Positions 1 to 11,120 of a stretch of 64,000 nt of DNA are shown here, one piece after another. The stretch is from an uncultured delta proteobacterium (GTDB lineage: Bacteria; Desulfobacterota; Desulfobacteria; Desulfobacterales; Desulfatirhabdiaceae). The position numbers and the translations under genes were made by a program. Within the stretch, counting starts at the first letter, position 1; each line of letters opens with the position of its first letter. The notes under the pieces are model-generated. The model made no database searches and was not told where the DNA came from. It was given only the letters and a program-made list of their open reading frames with translations. The stretch lies in contig CAWBKP010000009.1 of NCBI GenBank assembly GCA_963789395.1, positions 1 to 64,000 on the forward strand, read 5' to 3'.

Positions 1-69
1 TCAAGACCTGAATCATGTGCACCAGGTCAGGGGATGGGAATATGCGGGTTTGATAAAATGTAAATTGAT

Positions 70-87
70 GCGCCGCTATGCGGCGCT
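70..87. repeat. 18-bp palindrome GCGCCGCTATGCGGCGCT, copy 1
   Basis: GCGCCGC-TAT-GCGGCGC hairpin; identical copy at 1542-1559. Confidence 0.8.
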
Positions 88-184
88 GTATCGTCAAATA
101 GCTTCGGAAAAGTTATTTGTAAGCCGGAATTTCATCCGGAAATGTTCAAAAATCTAAATAAATGGGATTGCTGCGTCAAGCGGC

Positions 185-1243
185 CTAAGACATCAGAGAG
201 GGATCTGCTGCCTCATATTCGTCGCATGGCATTGTTTCTGAAGAGTGGGAATCCTGGTCCCCGGACTGATTATTCGTTATATTACTTTTAGCCTGACTTT
301 TTCTTCCCTTCTTCCGTTTTTGCTCGATATATCCCATAGCCGACCTTCTCGATATCTCCATGTTCAATCATATTTTTAAATATTTTGACAGAGCCGGCTT
401 TTTAAAACCGGAAGCTATGGATATCTCTTCGAGGGACATCGGAACACCTTTGTTATATAGGATCACAAAAACCTTCATCAGTTCCGGTCCAAGCAAATCC
501 TCCGTCGTCTGGTCATCAACAATCCAGGTCAAGAGAGATTCAACCAACTTTAAAGGCAGTGTTTGATCTGGTACATCCCTGCCAGACACAATTAACTTTG
601 CATAATCTTCTCCCCTTTCCCGCTGTAAAATCCAAATTAAATCTGCAGCACCTGACATGGCGTTGGATCCGTATAACATCTCAAAAGGATCGTCAGACTT
701 TGATTTGCGCAAATGGTGTACGATTACAATCAAAATATTGCGTGTATCAGCGAACTTCTTGAGTTCAGCAAATCCTTCATATTGTTTCGTATACTGCCCC
801 CCTGCCAATGATTTTGAGAACCGGGTTATTGTATCTATGATCACAATTTTGACTTCAGTATGGTTTTCTAACCAGCTACCGAGATGGCCTAATGCGTCAT
901 TCCCTTTATCCTCCCAGTCAAAGGCCAAGTGAATGCGGCTTGACCCTGGACAATCAGGCTGCATTGTTTTGATTCTTTCCTGCATCCGCTGCTCCGTATC
1001 TTCAAGACAAAGATACAGTACTTCTCTCACCCCGACGTCAAAAACATTTAAAAATCTGCCACCACCTGAAATTGCAAGTCCCAGGTCAGTCATCATTAGA
1101 CTTTTTCCCATTTTGGGTGATCCCCCGACAACAGCCAAACCAGTTGCCGGGAGCAGCTTAGGTATTATGAAATTTACAGGCGGAATGTCTTTTGCCAATA
1201 ATTCCGTGTCTGTGATGGTTTTTGTTTCATTAAGATCAGTCAT
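185..1243 (-). CDS. AAA_25 / RepA-like replicative helicase with C-terminal HTH; apparent frameshift near 368 (continues in ORF 185..367)
   Basis: Walker A GSPKMGKS, VLYLCLED, Walker B IVIIDT, IVHHLRK and GSNAMSGAAD are typical of RepA/AAA_25 helicases of mobile elements. Confidence 0.8.
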
Positions 1244-1264
1244 TTTCTGTTCCTCCTTGGACTA

Positions 1265-1361
1265 TTTTCACGTGAATCTGTGAAAGTAGAGATAACTTTC
1301 ACGGCAAATGCAAAATTATCTTTCATGATTTCGGACAGATTCACAGTTTCACACTTTCACG
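1265..1361. repeat. Cluster of TTCAC/GTGAA short repeats, putative iteron origin
   Basis: About eight TTCA(C)/GTGAA copies in both orientations within about 95 bp, immediately upstream of the helicase gene. Confidence 0.55.
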
Positions 1362-1541
1362 TTATAAGTTTTGTAACTGGTGTCGTTTGATTCCATCAAT
1401 GTCTTCATTCACTGCTGAAGTATTTAAATCTGAACAATACGCCACTTGTTATTTCTTTCTCTTTTTGAAACCCGCCTTGCCAAAGCCCTGCGGGTTATTC
1501 TTTCGGTTTTTACAGCGCATAAAATTGTAAAAAGCTGGGTG

Positions 1542-1559
1542 GCGCCGCTATGCGGCGCT
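1542..1559. repeat. 18-bp palindrome GCGCCGCTATGCGGCGCT, copy 2
   Basis: Exact direct repeat of 70-87. Confidence 0.8.
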
Positions 1560-1631
1560 ATATTTTCATCTGAATATCAGTTAGTTACTTAGGAATCTTT
1601 GTCGACTGGATGTCTATATATTTTGATCTCC

Positions 1632-2447
1632 TCAGCAAAGCCTTGAAATTTTGATATCCTCACATTTAACGAGATCCCCACCAAGAGATAACCAACCCAA
1701 TTTCTTCCCCTTAAGCGGGTTTTTTCTTCTGCTGAGGAAACAATCTGAAAACCCCTGTAAGAGATTGGGACAATGATCAATCATTTCATAGTAATTATAA
1801 TACTTAGGTTTTCCTAATTTTTGGTGAAGTTGCTCATCAATGTCCGGCTCATCCAACATCTCTTCTGCATCATCAATGTCCCTGTCCTTTCCCAGTTCGG
1901 AGTCAGAGCGCCCATCGTCCAACATTTTCTTGCCGGTTTTCTCTTTGTAGACATCCCATACGATATATGAAAGCCTCTCGAAACTAACTCCTTCATCAAT
2001 ATCCCTCTGAGTAATAACATCCGACAAAGAATCCGGGTTTTTTAGTGCATTTTCATAAACAGATTTCCCCTTTGATATTATCCATAAGAGAAAAGATTCA
2101 AAACATTCGCAAATACCGGCACCTTTGATGACATGGCCAGCCCCAAAAATTTCCCAACAGGTGGCTTTATCTTTTAACCTCTTTAGAATTTTATTAAATA
2201 ACACTATTTGAAGGTTTTCGAGTTTTGACAATTCTTCACGAATAAGTTCCATTTGCTCTTTTTGATCTTGAGCGTATATCGTTGAATGTATGATTGCCCA
2301 GAATTTTTCTGTTGTCATATGTGACTCCTTTCTTAATTTAATTATATTGCCCGCTGCCGAAATGACTTCGGAATTTGTACTTGATTCGTTAAAAACGTTA
2401 TTTTCCTTGCAGCTTTGATTTACTGCCAGTTCTTTACCTTTATTCAT
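1632..2447 (-). CDS. DUF4240-domain protein, paralog A (second in-frame start with SD at 2318)
   Basis: MTTEKFWAII...FESFLLWIISKGKSVYENALKNPDSL...FERLSY matches the DUF4240 pattern. Confidence 0.7.
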   Translation of the reverse strand: MNKGKELAVNQSCKENNVFNESSTNSEVISAAGNIIKLRKESHMTTEKFWAIIHSTIYAQDQKEQMELIREELSKLENLQIVLFNKILKRLKDKATCWEIFGAGHVIKGAGICECFESFLLWIISKGKSVYENALKNPDSLSDVITQRDIDEGVSFERLSYIVWDVYKEKTGKKMLDDGRSDSELGKDRDIDDAEEMLDEPDIDEQLHQKLGKPKYYNYYEMIDHCPNLLQGFSDCFLSRRKNPLKGKKLGWLSLGGDLVKCEDIKISRLC

Positions 2448-2530
2448 GAATTCCCCCAACGATCCAGCTCTCAACTTCCTTTGGCAAGCCTCTAACTACC
2501 TTTCATGATGATCATAACAAACTTATATTA

Positions 2531-3401
2531 TTATATAATTTTTATGTTATGGCTTTCGCTGAGTTTCCCATTAAGATTTAGCAAGCCAATCTTTTTTCCT
2601 TTAAGTAGTTTTTTTTCTAAGTGGAGGTAGCAATCTAAAAATGCCGGCAAAAGATTCGGGTAGCGTTTATCCATTTCATGTAAGTCATAAAAATTCCATC
2701 GTTTCCCCATGTTACTAAGCAAGTCCACGTCAAAGTCGACCGACATTTCATTGAAGTCATCATAATTCCAGTAGTCCTCAAGTTCTGAAGTGAGAGCGCC
2801 TATCCATCTTCATTCTTTTGCCAGTTTTCTCTTCATAAACTTCCCATGCTATATGCGAAAGTCTTCCAAAACTGACGCCCTCATCGATATCTCTCTGGGT
2901 TACCCCTTCAACCAAAGAATCGGGGTTTATTAGTGCGTTTTCATAAACAGATTGCCCCTTTGATATTATCCATAAGAGAAAAGACTCAAAATTTTTACCG
3001 AAGCAATATCCTTTAATGATACGGCCAGCTCCCCAAATTTCCCAACGAGCAGATTTACATTGTAACCCACGCATAATCTCACTAAACGTGAGTATTTCAG
3101 CCGCATTCAGTTTAGACACTTCGGCCTTAATAAGCTTAAATTGCTCTTTTTGATCTTTTGCTTCCAATGTAGAATTAATGATTGCCCAGAATTCTTCTCT
3201 TGTCATATGGTGTTCCTCCTTTAAATTTAGATTATTAACCGATGCCAGAGCGGCTTCGGAATTTGTACAATTTGCTTCATTAGCCTTTATTGAAAGACCT
3301 ATGAAATCTACCTCCAGATTTTGAATTAACCCAAAATCGGGGGCTTCAACACATTCATCTTTTTGGCTGACTTCTGCAGCTGCCTTCACTTTGTTATTCA
3401 T
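2531..3401 (-). CDS. DUF4240-domain protein, paralog B; frameshift near 2780 splits it into 2778..3401 and 2531..2746 (second start at 3206)
   Basis: MTREEFWAII...FESFLLWIISKGQSVYENALINPDSL; the downstream piece (YPNLLPAFLDCYL...LKGKKIG) matches the C-terminus of paralog A. Confidence 0.7.
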
Positions 3402-3559
3402 TTTTTAAATTCCTCCATTTAATTAGAATGTTTTTCCGTTTCCTTTAGGTCTTTGCCTCAATTGTTTGGTTCGCCTGCAGGCAACCAAACCAATTAAGGC
3501 TTTTTCTTCCGGAACCGGAGATAAGTTTCCTGTTTAATCTTCCTGAACCCGCCTGACTG

Positions 3560-3757
3560 TCACCGGGTGGGTTTTGCTTTCCTCAAGGGGATGTCTCGTT
3601 TCTTTAAAACATTTGGTATTTCATCAAGATCAATACATAGTGCACCTCCAAATTTCATAATAAGTTCAGGGAATCGTCCCTCGTGATGCCACCGGTATAG
3701 GGTTTGAACCTTTACCGGAAAATCCTTGCCGATATCTTTAACTCTTTTCAATTCCAA
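3560..3757 (-). CDS. Small HTH DNA-binding protein, excisionase/AlpA-like
   Basis: 65 aa, basic, VKVQTLYRWHHEGRFP motif; located in the integrase module. Confidence 0.7.
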   Translation of the reverse strand: MELKRVKDIGKDFPVKVQTLYRWHHEGRFPELIMKFGGALCIDLDEIPNVLKKRDIPLRKAKPTR

Positions 3758-3968
3758 TGGTTAAGCCTCTCTTATTGAATAGTAGACGGTCTTATGTCTT
3801 TAAAACCCCACAAAGTATAAACCCCCCAACCTTTTTGCCTTGTAAACCACAACTTGAGAATCATTTTTACCTCCTGAATATTTCTAGAAAAGATTCTTTC
3901 TGGGTTATTCCAGTTTTGATTTAAAGTATAAGACAGTTTTATATTTATTGCAAGATAAAAAATATATC

Positions 3969-4451
3969 CTACAACTTCCAATCAATTTGTTTAAAAATCA
4001 GCCCCAGGTTGAAAATCATTACATAAACCTGATTATGTCTCAAGTGGATCTCCTTCAACAGCTCTGACTTATCAGTAACACTTGGGAAAGAATAAGCACT
4101 CGCAAAGTGGGCATATTTACCTGTCTTATTCTTCGCAATCGTTTTATCGATGACAAAATACTCAAGACTTTCAGTGTTGCGTAAGTACTCATAGGTTAAG
4201 GACCTGCCCTTGTTGTTCGCTTCATCATCATGAATGCCTTCTAAAATACCCTTAATCATCGTTAGTGATATCCCTGCCTCTGACAGCGTCTTTACAACAG
4301 CCAGGCGAACCACGTCATCATAGGAATATCTTCTTTCATTTCCCCGGCCAGTTTTAACCGCAACGCCTGGACATAACCCCTGCTCCGTATAAAACTTGAT
4401 CCGTAGTGCCGGTATCCCAATCATCTTTTCAACATCTTTTCGAGAAAACAT
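3969..4451 (-). CDS. MerR-type HTH transcriptional regulator
   Basis: FSRKDVEKMIGIPALRIKFYTEQGL...GNERRYSYDDVVRL...GISLTMIK. Confidence 0.8.
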   Translation of the reverse strand: MFSRKDVEKMIGIPALRIKFYTEQGLCPGVAVKTGRGNERRYSYDDVVRLAVVKTLSEAGISLTMIKGILEGIHDDEANNKGRSLTYEYLRNTESLEYFVIDKTIAKNKTGKYAHFASAYSFPSVTDKSELLKEIHLRHNQVYVMIFNLGLIFKQIDWKL

Positions 4452-4544
4452 TCTTACCTCGATTAGTCAAATATAAGATAGTCTTGTATCTTTATGCCAA
4501 TAATATACTTCCCTACATGCACTGTCAAGATCATTCTTCATTTT

Positions 4545-5697
4545 TTATTTTTCTGATTTTATCGGTATAATTTCTGCGGTTTTCTGGTTAAAGAGAGACC
4601 CCGCTTTTTCGGTGGCTGCCCTCAGTGCCTCATCACTTAGATGTGCGTAGCGTCTGGTGGTGGAAACATCCTTATGGCTGAGAAGCTTTGATACCGTGTA
4701 AATGTCAACGCCATTTGATACCAAACTTGATCCAAAATGGTGACGAAGATCATGCAGCCGAAATTCCTGGGGAAGATTCGCCATTTTTTTGATCCGATCC
4801 CAACTGGAGATATCCGTCAGCTTCTCCCCTGCCCTGCCGGGAAAAACATATGCTGATTCTGTACGTTTAACGGATCTGAGAACTTCAAGCGCTTTTTCAT
4901 TGACCGGCAAGGTTATTGTGCGGCCCCCCTTGGGTTTTACAAGAGTTATCAGTCCTCTATCAAGGTCAACATCCTGCCATGTTAACGAAAATGCTTCACC
5001 GCGCCGACAGCCCGTGTACAGCAGAAACTTAATGAAGTTTGCAGTCTGCTTATTAGGCCATAAGTCCAATATCCTTTGCAATTCGGAAACCTGCTGCTGG
5101 TCCAGAAAACGAACTACCTCATTGTCAATTTTTGGCATCGCAACTTTTGAAACGGGATTGACGCCCTCAAACATTCCCCATTTGATGGCAATATTGAAAA
5201 GACGTTTTAATAACACAAGCTGATGTTTGACCGTTGCCGGCTCAAATGCCTTTCCTCGCGCATTCAAGCGGTTCTTGAATGACCGTTTGAATTTTTCAAT
5301 GAGGAATAGGTGTAATGCCTGGAAAGCTCCGTGTCTCCAAAAATTGGTTTAATGTGTTTTTCATAATGATAATGCGTCATCATGCCATGATTTTTTTAGT
5401 TGCCTGAATATGTGGCAGGTATTTTGTCCAAACGTCATTTAACGTGGTGACTTTCTTAACCCTATGATCCACAATGTCGAATTCATCACGAAGCATATCT
5501 GCCTTCATTGTGGTTTCAATTTGACGTGCCATTGTCAGAGAATCCACAACACGGGAATTACGGTTGCCTTTTTCCTTCACAATTACCCGATATTTTGACC
5601 CCAGAGTTTCACCACATTTACCACAAACCTTAATATCAAGGGAATTTGACTTTTTACATTTTGGACAGTGCTTATAGATCATGGCTTCACCTTTCAA
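4545..5697 (-). CDS. Tyrosine recombinase/integrase with N-terminal Zn-ribbon; frameshifted between 5268 and 5380
   Basis: Catalytic motifs TGCRRGE, HDLRH, LLSHK and TRRYAH; N-terminal piece has CPKC...CGKC; adjacent to a tRNA fragment. Confidence 0.9.
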
Positions 5698-5852
5698 TAG
5701 GTTACGTTAGAAAATGGTGTGCCTATAGTGTGCTTTTAAAATGGAAATTTCATGAATAAACAGGAAACTTCTGAGAATATGGTATACACTTAACCATTCT
5801 AATTTATCAATAGGATTGATAAGAGATACAAAGGCGGGAAAAATCATTTAGA

Positions 5853-5902
5853 ACGGACTTCGAATCCGTAGGTCGTGGGTTCGAATCCATCCGGGCGCAC
5901 CA
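5853..5902 (+). other. 3' half of tRNA-Arg(TCG): att-site duplication, not an intact tRNA
   Basis: Anticodon arm ACGGA-CTTCGAA-TCCGT, T-loop GGTTCGAATCC and acceptor end GGGCGCACCA; no D-arm or 5' acceptor strand upstream. Confidence 0.85.
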
Positions 5903-5908
5903 ATAATA

Positions 5909-6109
5909 TCAAGGGGTTATGACGATCCATGTCATAACCCTTTTTTCTTTTGTGTTAGAATCTGTGTGAGACTTTTCCCTGGCACTCTCATACAGACTGA
6001 TTGCCACCCTCTCTGAATCTCCGAGGCTGTGGAGATATATTTCTGCGGTTGATCTGTTTTCATGGTCCAGAATACGCTGGATCGACCCAATGGGGACATG
6101 GCTGGACAC
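5909..6109 (-). pseudogene. C-terminal remnant of a second tyrosine integrase
   Basis: IQRILDHENRSTAEIYLH resembles the integrase box II motif (LGH...TT.IY.H); the rest of the gene is absent. Confidence 0.7.
5911..5950 (+). terminator. Intrinsic terminator after the tRNA fragment
   Basis: GGGTTATGAC-loop-GTCATAACCC followed by a T-run. Confidence 0.8.
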
Positions 6110-6162
6110 GTCATAAAATAAATTACGTTATGATGATTTATAAAACAAACGTGTATCCAGTT

Positions 6163-7052
6163 TTATGGCGGGAAAAGCTTGTTATAGAGTAACAACTCAG
6201 GTCTATACTCTAAGTGCATCAAATCATAATGGAACCATTTACCACCCCAAATAAACCCTTGTTCTTCAAATATGCTGATAATTGACTGTGGAAATTCATT
6301 TCTTATTCTTATTATTTCCTTCAGTCCTCCACCTCCAATAGGCACATTGATTGGGATCAAGATCAATTGCTATAGCGAATGAATGGGGGCTTAATCTCTG
6401 AGTTCCCTCGATTACTCTCCATTTCAACGTACCACCCATGGGATTTACATACTTGGAAAGTTCAGGATGTTCTCTTAAGTAAAACAGACAGGTTCCGCTG
6501 TACTTTTTGTAATGCATCAGATGCACCTTCGATTGAATTAAAGACCACTTTATGATTTATAAAACCTATGTTGATTGAGTTTCGGATGACATCGTTTTCG
6601 GTTTCACCATATATTGCCTGGAAAAATGATATCACACGTATCCTGCCAGGGTCATAATTTTCGGCAGGATTTCCGTTAACTGCTCCTGGGATATATTTTT
6701 GTTCCAACATGTCTTGCAGGTCTGGATCGGCAAGTTTCTCTTTAAATGATTTCTTCTTTCGATCGTCATAAATAATTCGTGCGCCATTTTTCATGATGAC
6801 ATAAACATCACTGTTCTCTGTGATTTCAATACCGGTACAGTTTATCGGATATGCAGTGAATAATAGGTATAAATCATCACGAACTCTTTCACGTTCATTT
6901 TGGAGTATCGGTATTGATTCAACAAATATTCTAATATGTTGATAATCTTTGGAAAAATAATCCTGACCATTAGCAACACAATAATTGCTTAATATAATTA
7001 GAATAAACATCATCATTAAGGGCAAATGTGCTTTATTATTATCCCTTTTCAT
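6163..7052 (-). CDS. Secreted M15-family Zn peptidase (cell-wall peptidase), split by two frameshifts
   Basis: Signal peptide; YDPGRIR; LSPHSFAIAIDL (SxHxxxxAxD); FIWGGKWFHYDLMHLEYRPEL across three ORFs. Confidence 0.8.
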
Positions 7053-7551
7053 TTCTCGTAATCAGTGCGATTGGATTTTGAAAATAGATTTTTATAGTGA
7101 TTCTGTACCGGCAAGATCTTCCAAGGTCAATGTAATATTGGTCGGGCCCATCATCGCCTCCGCCAGAGCAAACAAATACTGGCGCTAAGCCAATTAATAT
7201 TTCCATTTCTGGAAGCTAAAGTGTATCATCGCCCATATTTCGCCGCAGACGCCATAGCACATTATATTTATGGTGCAATTAAAAGGGTAATTTTGTATGG
7301 GAAAAATCAAGAAAACAGACGATCAATACTGGGATATGATCGTTCAGGAATGGCACCATATCATCACTGCATGAATAGAATAAATAAGCCATTGGAATAT
7401 AGCCTTTAATCCGAACAATATTAGCTTGCCAGCACATGAATACATCGATGCAATCGGTTTGCAATAAAGGGAGAATGTGAAAAAACGATATCTTAGTTCG
7501 CATGCCTTCGGCGCTGGCGAGTTGAATTGGTGCAAGAATGGAAAAAGAATT

Positions 7552-8490
7552 ATGCACTCAGTTCGATTCATGATCGCTTGTTTGATTATAAACTCCGTCA
7601 TTCTTTTGTTTGCACCCGATGTCCCGGCTGCGTTTCGCATTGTAGGTTATTTGCCCGATTACCGTGCTGTCGATTTCGATCCCGCTGCCCCCAGGCTTCT
7701 GACGGATCTGATAGTTTTTTCAGCTTCACTATCACCCAAGGGGGGCCTTGACTTGACGCGTCTGAAGGAGAAGTTGCCGTGGAAAACACTTTATACTCTT
7801 AAGAACAGAGAGCGGGTGCGGTTGATCCTTTGCGTCGGTGGGGATGATCGGTCGACACATTTTGCAGCAATGGCTGGATCGGCAAAAAAACGAGATAAAT
7901 TCGTGCAGGAAGCCGTGAAAATATGTCTTGAAGAGCGCTTGGACGGGCTGGATCTCGATTGGGAGCACCCTAAGAATACAACAGAACTTGCAGGATATGA
8001 AAAGCTGCTAATCGATCTGAATAACGCATTTAAACCATATGGAATAGTGCTGTCAGTGACCGTGTCGGGTTGGCAAAAACTATCCCCCGAGTCTATTGCC
8101 GCAGTTGACTGGGTTAATGTCATGTCATATGACCATAACGGTCGACATGCGACCTTTGAATCAGCCCGTGAAGATGTGAAGGCAATGATAGAAGGGGGCG
8201 TGCCACTTCATAAGATTAATCTCGGATTGCCGTTCTACGGCAGACATATAACCAAGCGGAAACAAGTCGAAACCTACCGGGAAATTATTAAAAATTACAA
8301 TCTGGCTCCTGAGGTCGATGAAGTTGATAAAATGTATTTCAATGGGCCATCCACAATCCGTCAAAAGACCGAATGGGCAATCCAATCTCAATTGGGTGGA
8401 GTGATGGTCTGGGAATTGGGGCAGGACGCTGTTGGCGACAGCTCACTTTTGAAAGTGATCTACGATACGGTTGATCAGGCTCAGAAATAA
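7552..8490 (+). CDS. Glycoside hydrolase family 18 (chitinase-like), probably secreted
   Basis: DGLDLDWEHP (DxxDxDxE), VMSYD, GLPFYGR, GGVMVWELGQD; hydrophobic N-terminus. Confidence 0.9.
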   Translation: MHSVRFMIACLIINSVILLFAPDVPAAFRIVGYLPDYRAVDFDPAAPRLLTDLIVFSASLSPKGGLDLTRLKEKLPWKTLYTLKNRERVRLILCVGGDDRSTHFAAMAGSAKKRDKFVQEAVKICLEERLDGLDLDWEHPKNTTELAGYEKLLIDLNNAFKPYGIVLSVTVSGWQKLSPESIAAVDWVNVMSYDHNGRHATFESAREDVKAMIEGGVPLHKINLGLPFYGRHITKRKQVETYREIIKNYNLAPEVDEVDKMYFNGPSTIRQKTEWAIQSQLGGVMVWELGQDAVGDSSLLKVIYDTVDQAQK

Positions 8491-8669
8491 ATTTGATGGA
8501 AAGATTCAACAACGCCATCACCCTAGATCTCGCCGCCGCCATAAACCAATTGTTTTGACATACATCACTTTGCTGATATTATAGAATATTCAAGTTGGAT
8601 ATAGCTTGCGAAACCATATAATCGCTTATATCCAGAAGATGAACAGTGAAATATGTGGGGGTAAATTGT

Positions 8670-9323
8670 ATGAAAGTCATGGCATTCAACGGAAGCCCAA
8701 GAAAGAAATGGAACACGGCAACGCTTCTTGAAAAAGCCCTGGAGGGGGCATCATCTCAAGGCGCTGAAACAAAGCTCATTAACCTTTACGGTCTGAATTA
8801 TACAGGTTGTATCAGCTGTTTTAAATGCAAGAAAAAAAACGGGAAGAGTTACGGTAGATGTGCAGTCAAGGACGATTTGACCCCTCTGCTGAAGGCTGTT
8901 CTGGATGCCCAGGTCCTTATCTTGGGATCACCGTTTTATTTCGGAACAGTTACAGGTCAGATGAGATGCTTTATGGAGCGCCTGCTTTTCCCGTTTTATC
9001 AGTATGTTGATCCGCCGGAATCCCTCTTTCCGAGAAAAATTCCGACTGGTTTTATTTACACCCTGGGTGCGACCGAAGAAATGTCGAAAGAACGGGGTTT
9101 TGACAACCACATCCGAATGAATGAGATGTGCCTGGAATTAATATTCGGGGCTACAGAATCATTGTGCTGTTACGATACATACCAGTTTGAAGATTATTCA
9201 AAGGTGTTCGCCCCCCGATTCGACCCCGAGAAGAAAGCGCAAAGGCGGAGAGAAGTATTTCCCGTTGACTGTGATAAGGCCTTTGAAATGGGCGTGCGAT
9301 TGGCCAGAAAAGGAGCGCTATAA
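8670..9323 (+). CDS. Iron-sulfur flavoprotein / NADPH-dependent FMN reductase family
   Basis: NGSPRKKWNT, CISCFKC...C, GSPFYFG, FMERL. Confidence 0.85.
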   Translation: MKVMAFNGSPRKKWNTATLLEKALEGASSQGAETKLINLYGLNYTGCISCFKCKKKNGKSYGRCAVKDDLTPLLKAVLDAQVLILGSPFYFGTVTGQMRCFMERLLFPFYQYVDPPESLFPRKIPTGFIYTLGATEEMSKERGFDNHIRMNEMCLELIFGATESLCCYDTYQFEDYSKVFAPRFDPEKKAQRRREVFPVDCDKAFEMGVRLARKGAL

Positions 9324-9357
9324 TTTTTTATTTTGCAAATCATGGAGGGGGTGCACG

Positions 9358-9513
9358 ATGAAAAATTTTAATGGGGTTGCCGTATATGAAAATCTCAAGG
9401 AAATAATTGACCCGAGCCATTCCTGTCTGGTTGTCTGGGACGTACAGAATGGTCTGGTTAACAGGATATTCAATCCTGACGCGGCCAGACGTTATGGTCA
9501 TCTCACCAAATGA
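9358..9513 (+). pseudogene. N-terminal fragment of an isochorismatase-like cysteine hydrolase
   Basis: SD GGAGG then ...IDPSHSCLVVWDVQN...; ends after about 50 codons. Confidence 0.55.
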
Positions 9514-9707
9514 AGAAATATGATTCTGTTTCTGATAACCAATTCGGGCTGATCGATTTATTACATGATACCGGCTGCGACACTGCCATGAATACCCGGG
9601 ATAATCCGTTCCGGTCATAGCTGGCAATGGCAATCAGATCCGCATTTTCCCTTTGGGCAACTGCCAGGATTTATCTACCACATGACCCAATTTCTACAAC
9701 ATATCGA

Positions 9708-10292
9708 TTATATTTCTTTATCGACAAGCATTTTTTCAATTCGCCTGTCGGGAACTAGCCAAATAATCGCTACAAGAACGTAAATGCCTTGAGATACCCA
9801 TTGAGACCAGAAAGCCGTGGGAATCGAGATAAAGTACAGGGCTGGTGATATTTTCCCCTTCCAGTCGCTTCCGATTGCCTTCTTTAAGAGAGAGTCTGGA
9901 CCTTGTGATGCGATGATGAACTGCTGCAGTATCCAGTAAGCTATTGCGGCCATTAACAGAACGGTGCCATACAAAGCAGAAGGTACAGACGCAAAATGAT
10001 TTTCTCCCATCCAGGCTGTAGCGAAGGGAAACAGGGAAAGCCAAAACAGCAGATGAAGATTTGCCCACAGGATTGCCCCCGTTACCTTGCTGCACGTATG
10101 TAGCATGTGGTGATGGTTATTCCAATATATGCCGACATACACAAAACTGAGCACATAGCTCAAGAATACCGGAAGCAGCGGAGCAAGCGCGCCTAAACTT
10201 TCCCCATGAGGCACCTTCAGTTCCAAAACCATAATCGTGATGATAATGGCGATTACACCATCACTGAATGCTTCCAACCGATTCTTACTCAT
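9708..10292 (-). CDS. TMEM175-family (DUF1211) potassium channel
   Basis: RLEAFSDGVIAIIITIMVLE signature, YWNNHH, multiple transmembrane segments. Confidence 0.92.
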   Translation of the reverse strand: MSKNRLEAFSDGVIAIIITIMVLELKVPHGESLGALAPLLPVFLSYVLSFVYVGIYWNNHHHMLHTCSKVTGAILWANLHLLFWLSLFPFATAWMGENHFASVPSALYGTVLLMAAIAYWILQQFIIASQGPDSLLKKAIGSDWKGKISPALYFISIPTAFWSQWVSQGIYVLVAIIWLVPDRRIEKMLVDKEI

Positions 10293-10719
10293 TATAGTTT
10301 TGGTCATGTCCACTAAACTTTCCGCAAGAGCAAATCACAGTTTTGCCGATTCTTCCCGTGTCAACCATCACCCAGGTCTGGCCGCTCCGTTACAAACTCT
10401 GCTATTTCCTTTCATCCGCTGTCACATCTTACTTGTGAATTTTCACGCGCGAGAGAATTTTCAGGAATCTCGCCAAAACCATGGCCATGTTATTAAAATT
10501 TTTCAATATACCCAGGGATGCTTTATTGAATCATATTGTCTCACAGGACAAATTTGAGGAATATCGTCACTTTCATTGATGCGCCATAAATGTGCACCGT
10601 CCCCAGATTTTGCCGCCCAACTTCCAGCAACCATATTTGTAAATCGACACATTAATGATATCATGGCTCAGATAAATGGGTAAAATAATATTTTTGCGAT
10701 CAAATTTAAAGGAAGAAAC

Positions 10720-11052
10720 ATGTACGACAATGATTTACGGTCTGTCTTGGATCAAATACCTGTTGGCATCACAGTAACAGATCTTGATGGTAAAATCTTA
10801 TATTATAACGAGTACAGTGCCCAGATCGTCGACCGAAAACCGGAATATATCGGCATGGACATACGGTCTTGTCATAAAAAATCAGAAAGCATTGAGAAAA
10901 TTGACATGATTTTTGCTGAAATGAAAGCTGAGAAACGGGAAACTTATGACTACGAATCAAAACGGAAAGATAAAATCTTATGTGTAACAATTTCACCATA
11001 TAAACAGCTTGGGAAATTGATCGGATTTATTCACAGTATAGTTGTTAAATGA
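10720..11052 (+). CDS. Stand-alone PAS-domain protein
   Basis: VLDQIPVGITVTDLDGKILYYN...IGMDIRSCH. Confidence 0.8.
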   Translation: MYDNDLRSVLDQIPVGITVTDLDGKILYYNEYSAQIVDRKPEYIGMDIRSCHKKSESIEKIDMIFAEMKAEKRETYDYESKRKDKILCVTISPYKQLGKLIGFIHSIVVK

Positions 11053-11120
11053 TTATTGTACCGGCGAGATCTATGAGGCGTTTCTTGTACAGAAATGGTA
11101 TTTTGGTGAAATATTGGCTT

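Larger units (their letters stand above)
1..5902 (-). mobile_element. Right end of a tRNA-Arg-integrated satellite-like/integrative element (left end outside window)
   Basis: int, HTH, xis and helicase genes ending at a displaced tRNA 3' half; AT-richer than the core genes. Confidence 0.75.

Noticed and set aside
5825..5902. Intact tRNA-Arg gene
   Set aside because: No 5' acceptor strand or D-arm, and the T-stem is mismatched; treated as an att fragment
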